Shown here: in pieces, positions 48,085-60,506 of the stretch
Position numbering within the stretch: position 1 is the first letter of the stretch
Layout of the letters: each line of letters begins with the position of its first letter
NCBI GenBank assembly: GCA_043228905.1
Contig: JBHGNT010000002.1
Coordinates: 8,680,001 to 8,744,000, forward strand
Reading direction: 5' to 3'
Length of the DNA: 64,000 bases
From: Azolla caroliniana
Taxonomy: Eukaryota; Plantae; Polypodiophyta
The notes under the pieces: model-generated
Told to the model about the DNA's origin: nothing
Databases searched by the model: none
The model's input: only the letters and a program-made list of their open reading frames with translations
Program-made: the position numbers and the translations under genes

Positions 48085-48541
48085 TGTTACCCGGACCCGG
48101 ACAGTCAGTTTTACCGAACAAGTGGGAAAGCGTCGAAAACGGAGTCGGTTCGGATCGACTGTTCGGATCAATGACTCAGCAGTAAACGAAGAGAACTAAG
48201 TTAGTTAGATAATTTTGCAATTCTTGATAGTAAGAGGGAATAGTTCTTGATGAGAAAAGACCTTCGGTATACCTATAAAAGGGAACCGAAGGCATTGTAA
48301 GAAAGGTCGTTTTATTTAGTAATATAAGTTTAAGTTAGGAATATCCTGTACGGATTCTGTGTTCTTTCTATTGTCTATGTTGTTAAGTGCAAGCTTCCTA
48401 ATTTATAACTAAGTAACGATCACGGTAATTACCGATTAATATAGTATAATTCCGTTCGTAAAACACAATTCCTTGTTAGAACGTTGAGTAGCGACGTTCA
48501 CTCTTCTGTATCGGTAGTAGTTAGTAATTAGCCGATTAACA
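48085..48541 (+). repeat. 3' LTR of element C
   Basis: About 99% identical to 39272-39728 by manual comparison. Confidence 0.97.
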
Positions 48542-48546
48542 CTCAT

Positions 48547-49510
48547 CCTCAACATGCCACCCCCCACGAACGAGAAACAACTACAAGGGTTCATGGGATA
48601 CGCGGGTTACTATAGGCGCTTCATTAAGATGTTCGCGGACAAGGCTAGACCACTCTACTCCTTATTAAAGCAGTTCGTGTGGACAGAAGAATGCACACAC
48701 TCCTTCAAGCTCTTGAAAGAGCGCCTAACTAAGGTCCCCATCCTCCGGCCTCCCGATTGGACCAAAGAATTCCACGTGCACACCGACGCTTCCGCCTTCG
48801 CGATTGGTGTAGTGCTAGCCCAACCCGGTGAAGGGGCACTCGACCTACCGGTCACCTTCGCTAGTCGCCAGCTAAATGTCGCAGAACAAAATTACTCCAC
48901 GACGGAACGGGAGGCTTTGGCCATGGTCTACAGCGTAAAGAAATTCCGCCACTACCTGTTGGCGTTCCGGTTCTCGTTTTTTGTAGACCATCAGGCCCTA
49001 CTCTACTTAGTAAACAAAACTCATGCCACTGGACACATCTCATGATGGATCGTAACGTTACTCGAGTTTGACTTCAAGGTAGTAGTGAGAAAAGGGAAAG
49101 ACCATGTACTCGCCGATCATTTCTCGCGGATTCCCAACGGAGAAGAAGCCACTGGGGTCGATGATGAAACACCAGATTCAACATTATTCGCAATCGATAC
49201 CGTACCAGCATGGGCATCAGACATAGTTTGCGTCCTAACCGAAGGAGCGTCCTTCCTAAAACAACTACCACGAACACACGCGCATGCCTTGCTAAAGAAA
49301 TGTGGCCCCTTCACGATGCTCCAAGGCAATCTGTACCGTCGGGGTAACGACGATCTACTTCGGAGGTGTATAACAAACTATGACGTCGTCACCACCCTTG
49401 AGCAAGCTCAGTGCAGGAGGGGAAGTGGTCATTTCAATCACGAGACCTCTGTGTGCAAGATCCTCCAGTCCGGCCTATGGTGGCCAACACTCTTCAAAGA
49501 CGCATACGCG
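48547..49510 (+). pseudogene. RNase H and integrase zinc-binding region of element B; integrase core deleted
   Basis: HTDASAFAIG..TTERE..VDHQAL, then GHFNHETSVCKILQSGLWWPTLFKDAY, after which integrase homology stops. Confidence 0.85.
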
Positions 49511-52500
49511 TTGCAAACGATGATGCCTCCCCAATTCATCAAACTCCTCCACGCATACTACCCCGACGCAGGGTGCGGATCCTTAGTCATTCCAGCGGTG
49601 TTCAACAATACCCGATGTACTTACTGGGTTCCCACGGCCGCCACGCAGCTCAAGTACCTCGAACCCGACGTGTTCGCCACTCTCTCACGACTTGGCCTCA
49701 AGTTCTTCCTTGGGATCGGGCCGTGGGGCATCCTACCCAAACTGGTCAACCATTTCCTCATCGGGTACAACCCCGATACGGGCCACGTCGATATGCAGCC
49801 TTTCACAGACTCCCCCCCCGTCGCATTCCAGTTCACCGCGGCCGACGTTTGTGCTACGCTGCATTTACCCCTCGAGGGCGCCCCCTTCCGCACCACGAGG
49901 ACCCCTGGGGTTGTCCCTGGCATCATTCCTGTCGGCTACGCCGAATATTCTGGACGCGAAGGGTGGCGTTACACTGAAATCCCTCTCCATCTCCAAGACC
50001 GTTGTAGCGCAATTGCCCAAATCGGCGACACTACATCTACCGATGCCACAACTCGTATCACCGGTGAGTACCTCAAGTGGGCACATGATCCGCAACCGGT
50101 CCAGTGGGCTCACGAGCTTGTCCGCCAAGTCCGAGAATGGCACACACGGCCCAAATCGACTGTCAATTTTGCGTGGTTCCTCACCTGCTACTTGTGCGCA
50201 AAGTTCAGCATCGGACCCCCTGCCCCTCCCTTCGTACGCTGCTAAGAACACTTCCGCAAGATCACTGTCCCAGGCCAACTCGAATGTCTTCGCCTCCCTA
50301 AACGCGACTTTTTACGACAGGTACACCAAGGTGAACAGGCACGGCCACTGGCGCACAAACAACCCCCAATCACCCACGTGTCAACCGAAGCTAACCTCGA
50401 CACCCCTGAGGATATCACGAATCGTGTCAAGGAATTCCAGAAAAACGAGTTCAACCCCACCGAAATCCAGGCCTTGTCCACCACTATCCACTATGTGTCA
50501 AATCAGAACACAACCACGACTCCGCGTTCCCGTAGTTGCACCACTGAGTCAATCTTGTGCGACCAACGGAACCCGCCAGCCCCGCCTCCACCCAACTCGC
50601 CAACCCCTCCACCCCACGAATCCTCTCCCCTCGCTCCGGTCACAACTACCCGACCTTTCCCGTCCACCACCACTGACGACACCCCGCACGACCCCATAAA
50701 CTCGCCCGCCACGCCGCCCCCGACACCGAAACCCCCGACCGGCCCTCGACCGCAACCCCGACAGTTCCCCTCCAACCCACCCTCGCCCCCGTCCAAATGG
50801 CAACCCCACTCCCGACCTCCGTGCCCTACTCAACCTCCCTCACTACAGTTACTTCTCACCCTACCCCCTCCCTCACCGTTCCCCCCAAACCCTTAACCGA
50901 CATGGTGGCCGACCTCCTCAAGATGACTGCCGTCATGAACCGTCGCCTACTTCAAGTTTAGGCACAAGCCCAACAAACCGCCACCGACCAACATGAGACC
51001 TCTACACGGAACGAGATCTTGGTCGCCGAGGTAAGGAGCGCCCTCCATACCAACGCATGCCAAGCGGCCGCCCACGACCTCCTCAAGCAAGAACTCCTGA
51101 CACCGCAAACCCGACACCAACAACTCGCTGACGAATTCCAACAAGCTCGGACAACCTGGCACCATGACCAGGAACGCGTAGCGCAAACACATGCCGAACT
51201 TTCGGCCGAGTACATCCGCCTCACCACCCAACACCAACTGACCGAGGCCCGCCTCGCAGCCTTGATGGCTGATCTCTCCGAACGGTCCGAGGCCCTAGCC
51301 GCCGCCATGGCCACTACTCACCAACTCACGAGCGAGATCACCACCCTCAGGGCTGAACGAGACGCCATGGTCCACCAAGTCGAAGTCGCCAATGAACGCA
51401 ATCGATGTCTCCTCATCAAACACCGCCGCCAGTGTGCCGACCTCGAAAAGGACATCCTTCAACTCCGCACGTCCAAAGCCGCCCTTGAACATGCCCTCAC
51501 CCCTGGCGTGATGGACCCCTCCACCGTTCAGACCCCTCTCCTTCCCCCAACTGGCTCTCCGAATATGATCCAGGCACTCTCGGTGTACGTGACCTCGACG
51601 TCCCTGCTCTCCGAACTTTTCACTGCACCACGCACACCACGCACCCTCCTCACCCAAGCAACGTGCATCCTTCAGTTGTTAGCCGCCATGCGTCACGTAT
51701 TCTTTGACGACACCACACCCCCAGACTGGCAGACCTTCATCCGAGTACTCCCCGAAGACAACCACGCCCTTCCCTTCTTCATGTTGTACCAGGAAGCCAC
51801 CGAAGACCTTGCTCCCCCAACCTACGACCTCTTCCCCCAACACCTCCGCATTTTGTTCCTCGAAGGTATGGCCTACCTTCACACAGCCCTCACCCCCGAC
51901 TTAGACATCTCCGACCTGATCTATTTCACCTACCCTTCTGATGTCACGATGCAAGTCACCGAAGATCATCTGGCCAACCTCTTCACAACACTAGTGCGCT
52001 TACACCACATTGCCGACACCCTCACCCGCACCCTGTTGGAAAACACAACGACCTCCGTACCCACTTTCGGTTTCCTCTGGCTAATACGCGCTTGGCAAAC
52101 CGCGTGGGACGTCGGGGTTTGTACTCACATAGTCAGCATCGAATATGCCACGTTCAACTGGCCCACCGACCTCGAGGCTGACGACATACCAGAATTAGCC
52201 CTATACCTCGACGTTTCCCGCGAGTATCAACTCATGACGTTCGATGAGGCTCATGCTCGTGCCCTCCTACCCCCGCACCCCCCTTCTCCCCCCCAGAGAT
52301 TGACCTGGAGTGGGACCACGACTCACTTGATGAACCCAACACCCAACCACCGCCTCGCCCTCGCACACATCCCCGACCCCCGCCCACATCCCCGACCGAA
52401 CCCGACATGATCCGGGCCATGCGACGATTCCTACGTACATACCTCGACGTCCCGGACCCTGACATTCAAGCCAACCTTCGTTTCCTACAACTTCTACTAA

Positions 52501-52900
52501 TTCTCCTTGACTCTGGCCCGTACGAAGCCCCCCCCCTTCCAACGGCACAACCACCCAGTGTGGGGCCTCGCCTTCGATTTGAACAAAGGTCCCACTCGCC
52601 GCCAACTGGTCGACCTTTGGACCCGCGTCAACATACTCCCCGCAACCTACAAACGGGATTTTGAAACCATGATCAACATGCGTTTTTTTCCTGCTTACAT
52701 AAGCTTTAGTCGAAACCCCCCTTCTCCCTTCGCCGGCCAAACACCTACACCTGGCTCACCAGCCCCAAGAAAGATTTCTTCACAACAACCGACCAGCTGC
52801 AGGAAATCTGGCTACCACCACTGAACATCCGCCGTCTTCGCCATCATCTCTGCCGCCACCCACCCCCCGACGAACCCCCCTACTCAATTCTACTCGCCCC
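49511..52900 (+). pseudogene. Decayed extra ORF region of element B (PMD/Transposase_32-like N-terminus, Pro-rich linker, coiled coil, helical C-terminus)
   Basis: LVNHFLIGYNP..FTAADVCATLHLPLEG motif; ORF pieces to 50245, 50378-50896, 51019-52410 and 52407-52824. Confidence 0.6.
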
Positions 52901-52963
52901 CGACGCCCGAAGCTCCCCTCCCATAGTGCACTCGGGAGTGTGCACTCATTAGGTTGGGGGGGA

Positions 52964-53531
52964 TATTAAGCTTTGGGATAACAACACAACTAGTCACGAA
53001 TAAGAACGCATCAACAAGGACGTAGTACGAAGAGGAAATGGCAAGAGGAAAGGAAAGCAAAGAGATGGCCAAATGTGAAAGGCTCATACCCTAAACGTGA
53101 AAGCTATATAAACCACTTAGTAGTGGCTTTGTGGGGGTTCTCCCATTTGTAAAGATCTCCTATTGATTAGAGCTAGAGCTTCCTCTCCTCTTTCTTGTAA
53201 ACCTTTGAGCTTAAGAGAGATTAGTGAAGTGTTGAGTTAGAGAACACTAATCTCTCTCCTTGTTGGTGCTAGACCTCTTAGCAAAAAGGGTTAATAATAG
53301 ACATACTCTTGCTTCTTATTGTGTATACTATTAATTTATTGTTTATGAGAGAGAGCTTGAGAGAGTGAGAGAGATATCGTGCTTAATCATCTACTAATCG
53401 TTGAGTGAGTGTGAGGCTCGGAGGTATCCGACAACCATCTCCGCCCGATTCGCCATCAAGAGGGTATATGCCGGTCCGAATCCCGCCACGACATCGAGGA
53501 GCTTACTCGATCGATACATAGATCCTTAACA
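52964..53531 (+). repeat. 3' LTR of element B
   Basis: Follows the PPT AGGTTGGGGGGGA; T(A)TTAAG...CTTAACA. Confidence 0.88.
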
Positions 53532-54184
53532 CTGTCCCCACATAAGGAACTAAGGAGACGGTTTACGCACAGAGAGAAGGGGAAGAAGAAGCTGTCAGAG
53601 TACGAGTTCGGCACTGCCAAGTCAGATCGGAGCGAATTTGACTTCGGGCCAATCGAAAAGGAACTCCACGGAAGAGGTGGAAGTTAGCCGAGACGACCGC
53701 AAAATGGGCTAGTCACAAATCACGCCGATCTACCCGCCAAAAGAACCCTGTCAAGAGAGACAGGTACAACGAGTACATGGCACACCATTATGCATACATG
53801 ACGCGAGTGGCGGAAGGGTAGTGCCCTCGCAGTGCCGAGTCAGATCGGAGCGAATCTGACTTTGGGCCAATCGAAAAGGAAACTCTATAGAAGAGGTGAA
53901 GTCAGCCAAGATGACCGCAAAATGGGCCAATCACGAATTACGCCAATCTACCCGCCTAAAGAACCCCGTCAAGAGATACGGGTACAACGAGTACATGGTA
54001 GAACATTATGCATACATGATGCGAGTGGCGAAAGTACGTGAGCCGGAGAGCTACGCAGAAGCGACGAAAGACGCAAACTGGCGTGCCACGATGGAGGAAG
54101 AGATGCGCGTGTTATCGGACAACGAGACTTGGGACCTAGTTGATGCACCGAAATGTGTGAAACTGATCGGATGCAGATGGGTGT
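53532..54184 (+). pseudogene. Continuation of the host copia (INT-RT linker and RT start) with a ~200-bp internal duplication
   Basis: [32 protein letters not shown], cut by the next LTR. About 53615-53815 repeats at about 53833-54035. Confidence 0.85.
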
Positions 54185-57100
54185 TGTTGAGAGACAAGCT
54201 CAACATCGGCCGGATTGGCTAAGCAAGCCAAGGACCAGATCGGTTGGGACCGATCAGTTAGGCTGGACCGGTGCGTAAAACGGATATGCAAACCGGTGCG
54301 TAACGAGAGGCCGTATAGGTGTGTAAACCGAAAGGCCATTAGAGAGATATTCCTTGTAAGGAATAGTTTTGGGAGTAAGTGTCGAGGCTCATTTATGAGC
54401 AGTCAAGTATTGTCAGTACTTCTGTCAGCCCATTGTCAGGGCTTGTATAAAAGGTGCTCACTGAGCTTGATGTATGTACAGATTGAGTATTATTTTTGAA
54501 TAGAGTTCTGGTGTTTACTCTCTCTCCCTCTCTGTCTCTCCCGTGCGTACTGTGCAAACCTAAGCTTTCCATTAAACCTATGTTTTCTGTTGTTTGGTTT
54601 CCTATATCGCTTTTGCACGCCATTCTTTTCATGGTATCAGAGCGCGAGGGTTGAGAACCTTTGCAACCAACTTTACTTGAAGGAAAAACCAACGAAGAAG
54701 AACAAGAAAACCGATGGACAAAGGAATGGCTAGCTTGCTTCTGACGGAGAAGCTCGACAGAACCAACTACGCAGCTTGGTCCTACAAGATGCACCAATAC
54801 CTGCTTGGGCACGATTACTGGAGCTATGTCGAAGGAGCAAAGGACGCGGCACCCGAATCGACACACAAAGACTTCCCGGTGGGGGAACAATCGGCGAGCA
54901 AAGTGTTGTACTGTTTCGCGTCTTGTGTGGGCGAACAACTATTAAGCTATGTTCGGGATGGAAAAACACCAAAGGGTGCATGGGAAAATCTGAAGAAGAT
55001 CTTTGCCGCGAGCACCACAGCTAGGAAGCTTCAGCTCTGACAAGAGTTGAGCAACCTACGACAACGCGATTTGTCGGTGGTTGACTATACCTCGAAGATC
55101 AAGGACATATGCGACTCCTTAGCTTCCATCGATGTGAACATCGAGGAAAGCGAGATGGTCTAGGTCTATCTCGGGGGTTTGGTGTCAAAGTTTGGGGCAT
55201 TCCGAACTACTGTGTGTACCCGGGAGAATACACCGTCCTTTTTCGACTTACAGTTGATGCTCCTGGTAGAGGAGAACCACGTGGGTGCGTCAACGAGCAC
55301 ACACACCAACAACAAGATGCTGTACACGGAGGGAGATAGGTGGACGTGGAGGATGAGGCGAGTTGGTGTGCAATGGAGGCGGCCGACGAGATCAAGGAAG
55401 GAGGCACCGAAATGATGCCCACATCAATTCCGGACCCTCCGAAAACAGGGGGAGTCGAGGCGATGAGAACCGACAAGGGAAACCCGCCACAGAATGCTGG
55501 TACCGTGGCAAGAAAGGCCACAAGGAGAGCGAGTGTTGGAAAAAGTGCGCCGAGTCGGAGAGGACAGGTTCCGGATTTGGTTCCGGACATACCGACAAAG
55601 GAAACCGGTAGCTATCGCACTATGCCTAAGGATCCGGAAAAGCCAGAAAAGGGTCTGCCTTCGTGACGAGACACGAAGCAGACCACCCCGAAATCGGACG
55701 AGGTGTGGTACGTCGACTCCGGTGCGTCAAATCACATGAGGAGTGCTTCTCGTACCTAGAAAAACCGATGGAACCAGGAGTAGTCGCAACCGGAGACAAC
55801 AATTTGCATCCGATCGTGAATGTCGGAGAAGTTCCCCTGAGCAATGTCGGGGAGAAAGGGAAACTCATGAATGTGCTACACATTCCGACAATCACGAAGA
55901 ACTTGGTGTTGGCCGGACAGATCGTCGACCAAGGGATGGAGGTGTGGTTTACACACCTTGGGTGCTTCATTGAAGAAGAAGGCCGTGTTATTGCGCAAGG
56001 GCACAAAGATGGGAGGATGTTCATCCTCGACTCTATTGACAGTGGCACCGCAATGTTCGCGAAGGGACAAAAAGTCGAGTCGGACATCAACTTATGGCAC
56101 AAGCGGATAGGTCACGTCAACTACCAACGGCTTCAAGACCTGCAATCGAAACAAGTGGTGTTCGGATTGCCCAAATTTAGTGGCCGGAAGTCACAAATTT
56201 GTGAAGCCTGCCAGCTTGGGAAGCAACACCAACTTCCTTTCCCCAATGAGTGTAACCGGAGCCGGAACAAGCTCGACTTGATACACTCGGATATGTGGGG
56301 GCCGACACAAAACGTTAGTCTTGGCGGGAGCCGATATTTTGTCTCCTTCATCGACGACTACACGCGGCACACGTGGATCTACCTCATTGAGAGGAAGAGC
56401 GAAGTCTTTGACTGTTTCCGGGACCTCAAAGGGTTCGTGGAAACGGAAACAGGAAGAAAGATCAAGTGCCTGCGGTCGGATGGCGGAAAAGAATACTTTT
56501 CCGGTCAATTCAACGGTTATCTACAATAGATGGGAATTCGGCACGAATTCAGTTGTAGATACACGCCGGAGCAAAAAGGGCGTGGCCGAGAGGAAAAATC
56601 GGTTGGTTATGGAAGCAGCACGGGCAATGCTGGAAGAAAAGAGCTTACCCAAGTTCCATTGGGCGTACGAACCGCGGTATACATCCAGAATCGGATCAGA
56701 GGCAAAGTGTCGGCGCACGAGCTATATTTCGGAACGAAGCCGAACTTGCGACACTTACGATTTTTCGGTAGCATTGCGTATGTGCATGTGTCGAAGGAGA
56801 AACGGAGGAAGTTGAACGCAAAGGACGAGAAATGTATCTTGGTAGGCTATTCGGATGAGCAGAAGGGTTATAAGTGTTATAACCCTCGCACCAAACAAGC
56901 GCGCGTGAGCCGCGACGTTGTGTTTGACGAGTTCGCGTCCTAGTACTTGCCCCCGACTCCCGACCTCATCTCCAATCCGAGTTCTGACGGCGAAGTCAGT
57001 GAGGCCAAGATGCCTCCGAATGAGCCTGAAATCGGGATCCGCGAAGAGAGTCCGATTTCGTTTCGGTTAAGCGGACCGAATGGACAACTAGGTCAGTTCG

Positions 57101-59910
57101 ACTAGTTCGATGAAGAGCCGGCAAGTAGTGGAGACTTGGCCGTGCATTCTCCGCGCAGGAAGCCGAGGAGACGGCTTACACGCAAAGAGAAAGGGAAGAA
57201 GAAGGTGTCGGATTCCGGGATGGATATGAACGACTCAGACCAACGTGCGTCTGACTCCGAGGGAAGCGCTGACGGGTCTTCAAGAGCGAAGTCCGCATCT
57301 GCTGAGAAGACCTCGACATCGGCTAATGACCGATTACACCGATCTACCCACCAAAAGAACCCAGTTGTGCGGTTCGGATACAACGAGTACATGGCGCATC
57401 ATTATGCGTACATGACCCGTGTAGCGGAAGTGCGTGAGCCGGAGAACTACGCAGAAGCGGCTAAGGACACGAATTGGCGCGCCGCGATGGAGGAAGAGAT
57501 GCACGCATTGGCGGAAAACGAGACCTGGGATCTGGTTGATGCACCGAAGGGTGTGAAGCCGATCGGATGTAGGTGGGTGTACAAGGTCAAGTACAACATC
57601 GATGGCTCGGTCAACCGATACAAGGCCCGGTTAGTGGCAAAAGGCTACGTGCAGAAACACAGCATCGACTACGATGAGATGTTTGCGCCGGTTGCGAAGA
57701 TGACGACCGTCCGTGTTTTGCTCGCGATAGCTGCGGCCAAGGGGTGGCACTTGCATCAGATGGATGTAAAGAATGTGTTCCTACAAGGTGAGCTTGAGGA
57801 ACAGGTGTACATGGTATAGCCCCCCGGATTTCACTCCGGAACGAACACGTCGGCAGTGTGCCGATTGAAGAAGTTCCTTTACGGACTGAAGCAAGCCCCG
57901 CATGCCTGGAACGCAAAGATCACGCAACAACTGCATCGGATGGTCTTTGCAACGTCAAAATTGGACTCTTCCTTGTTCATCCAGAAAGGTCGACTCGGTC
58001 CAGTTAGTATTTTACTATATGTTGATGATTTGGTCATCACTAGCACCGACCTCGGTGAAATCTACAACGTAAAGCTCCAGCTTGCGGCATTGTTCGATAT
58101 GAAGGATTTGGGGGACCTTCATTACTTCGTTGGGATCAAAGTGATCCGTACCCCCGAAGGCATATTGATCAGCCAACGACATTACGTACTGAGTATGCTC
58201 TTCAAATTCGGGATGGCCGACTGTAAGTCCGTCTCGAGTCCTCTGGATAGAACCATCAAGCTTCACCCCAATTCCGGACAGGTATGCGACCCGACGAGGT
58301 TCCGACAAATTGTCGGAAGCCTTATCTACTTGACAATCACCAGACCTGATCTCAGTTATCTAGTCGGGGTGATCAGTTAGTTCATGGCGTGACCTACCGA
58401 GGAGCACCTTTAGTGTGTGCAACGCATACTGCGGTACGTAAGTGGCACTAAGGACCGAGGACTACTATATCGGACCGGTATAGCTTCGCAGTTGGTCAGC
58501 TACACCGATGCTGACTGGGTTGGCAACGCCGCTGATCGCCGATCCACGTCCAGATACGCGTTCTATCTTGCGAGTGCCACGATAGCGTGGAGCAGTAAGA
58601 AGTAGCTGACAGTTGCACTGTCGAGCACCAAAGCTGAGTACCGAGGAGTGGCTATCGCGACATGCGAAGCCAGATGGTTGAAGCGGCTACTTAAGGACCT
58701 GCAAGAGGAGGTGTCTGATCCGACGACAATCTACTGCGACAACCTCAACAACATCCAGCTCGCGAAGAACCTCAATTTCCACGCACGGACCAAGCACATG
58801 GAGGTGCACTACCATTTTGTTCGTGAGCGTGTCCTTTCTGGTGAAGTCGAAATTCATTATGTTCCGATGGATCGGCAAATTGCCGACATCTTCATCAAGC
58901 CCCTTGGTCTGGACAAATTGCGGCAGTTCTCGGGTGCGCTTGGGTTGCGTCACCTCGAGGTGCCAAACTTGAAGGGGAGAACAGTCTCGAAAGATCGAGC
59001 AAGGGAGCAGGAAGGGTGCGAACGAGGCCGTGACGCCGAGTCGGATGACGAATTCGATTTCGGATCGGCTGAAGAAGCCGGGGGCGGATCCACAGAAGAA
59101 TCCGAAAGCAGACATAAGAGGAGCAACCGAAAGAAAGAGCCGAAGCCAACCAAGCATGGGGGAGATGACGCCGTCAAGGGCGAGAAGACCGAAGACGAGT
59201 TGGAGACAGCCAACTCGGATGAGAGCGAAAACCGATTGGAGGTAGCCGAGTCGGTTCAGATGTTTGATTTGGATACACTGAATCAACTGAGGGCCAAGAA
59301 AAAAAGAAATCAGTAGTAGAAACGCCAACATCATGACAACAAGGGAGATGTGAAGGGCCGTGGGAGTAGACAAGCCGACCGGAAGGGTCGAAGCGCGCGG
59401 AGTCGAGTAGGCCGAGGATCGCGAGCGAGGCAAGGAGCCAAGAGGAACCGGAGCGGTGATCCGGAAGATCCTCAAGTTGAGCTTGAGGGGGAGTGTTGAG
59501 AGACAAGCTCAACATCAGCCAGATCGGCTGAGCAAGCTGAGGACTGGATCGGTTGGGACCGATCGATTAGGCCGAACTAGTGCGTAAAACGGATACGCAA
59601 ACCGGTGCGTAACGAGAGGTTGTATCGGTGCGTAAACCGAAAGGTTGTTAGAGAGATATTCCTTGTAAGGAATAGTTTTGGGAGTAAGTGTCGAGGCTCA
59701 TTTATGAGCAGTCAAGTACTGTCAGTACTTGTGTTAGCCCATTGTCAGGGCTTGTATTAAAGGTGCTCATTGAGCACGATGTATGTATAGATTGAGTATT
59801 ATTTTTTAATAGAGTTATGGTGTTTACTCTCTCTCTCTTTCTGTCTCTCCCAAGCGTACTGTGCAAATCTAAGCTTTCCATTAAACCTGCGTTTTCTGTT
59901 GTTCGGTTTC
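54185..59910 (+). mobile_element. Full-length but mutated Ty1/copia element; its 3' LTR is interrupted by another copia
   Basis: 5' LTR 54185-54631, PBS TGGTATCAGAGC 54632-54643, gag-PR-INT-RT-RH with many stops (54714-59316), PPT GAGGGGGAG, 3' LTR from 59494 cut at 59910. Confidence 0.95.
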
Positions 59911-60506
59911 TGTTGCAAAACAGCGCTCGGTCACAAACCGAGGAATAGGATCAACTCACAGAAACCGGGAAATACAAAGTGCACGAAGACAATAGAGAGA
60001 AGAGTACACAGGGTGTTTTACGTGGAAAACCCTAAATGGGAAAAACCACGGGAGTCCTCAAACTCCAACTATCACTATACACAGAGATGTACAATGGTGA
60101 GGCTACAAGGCAACAACCTTGAGCTCACTGTCTTCGCCATAGGCGGCGGTAATACACAGAGGCATCGACCTCTTCCTTTCTCTCTCTCTCTCTCGGCTGC
60201 TCTCACTTCGCTCTCACGGCTGAAAACATAAAATGAGCAACAACATAGAACTGTTTGCCCTAAGTCATATTTATACGCATATGACTTTCGGGCTATTTAC
60301 AAATATGGCCTCAAGGGCCCTTGGCAAACATATTCACAAATATGTCCCCGCATCCGGATCTCGCTCCGGGTACATTCATCATCCGGCTCCGTAGCCGGGA
60401 TCTTCATCATCCGGCTCCGTAGCCGGGACCGTAACCGTAACCGGGATTGCCGTCATTCATCTCCGGACATCCGACCATCCCATCCGAAGGGACCGTAATC
60501 CCAACA
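59911..60506 (-). repeat. 3' LTR (596 bp) of the Tnt1-like copia
   Basis: TGTTG...CAACA termini, adjacent to the PPT; contains short internal direct repeats at 60375-60445. Confidence 0.88.

Larger units (their letters stand above)
39272..48541 (+). mobile_element. Near-intact young Ty3/gypsy element (element C, 9270 bp) nested in the pol of element B
   Basis: 457-bp LTRs (TG..CA) differing at about 5 positions by eye. TSD CTCAT at 39267-39271 and 48542-48546. Removing it restores the host frame AKVKLI-LNMPPPTN. Confidence 0.97.
33509..53531 (+). mobile_element. Athila-like Ty3/gypsy element (element B), decayed, interrupted by 39272-48541
   Basis: Paired LTRs 33509-33983 (5'-truncated) and 52964-53531, PBS TGGCGCCGCTGCCGGGGA, gag-PR-RT-RH, G-rich PPT at about 52951-52963. 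Confidence 0.9.

Noticed and set aside
49411-50833. Long overlapping and antisense ORFs in the GC/C-rich part of element B
   Set aside because: They are shadows of biased composition with no domain-like features.
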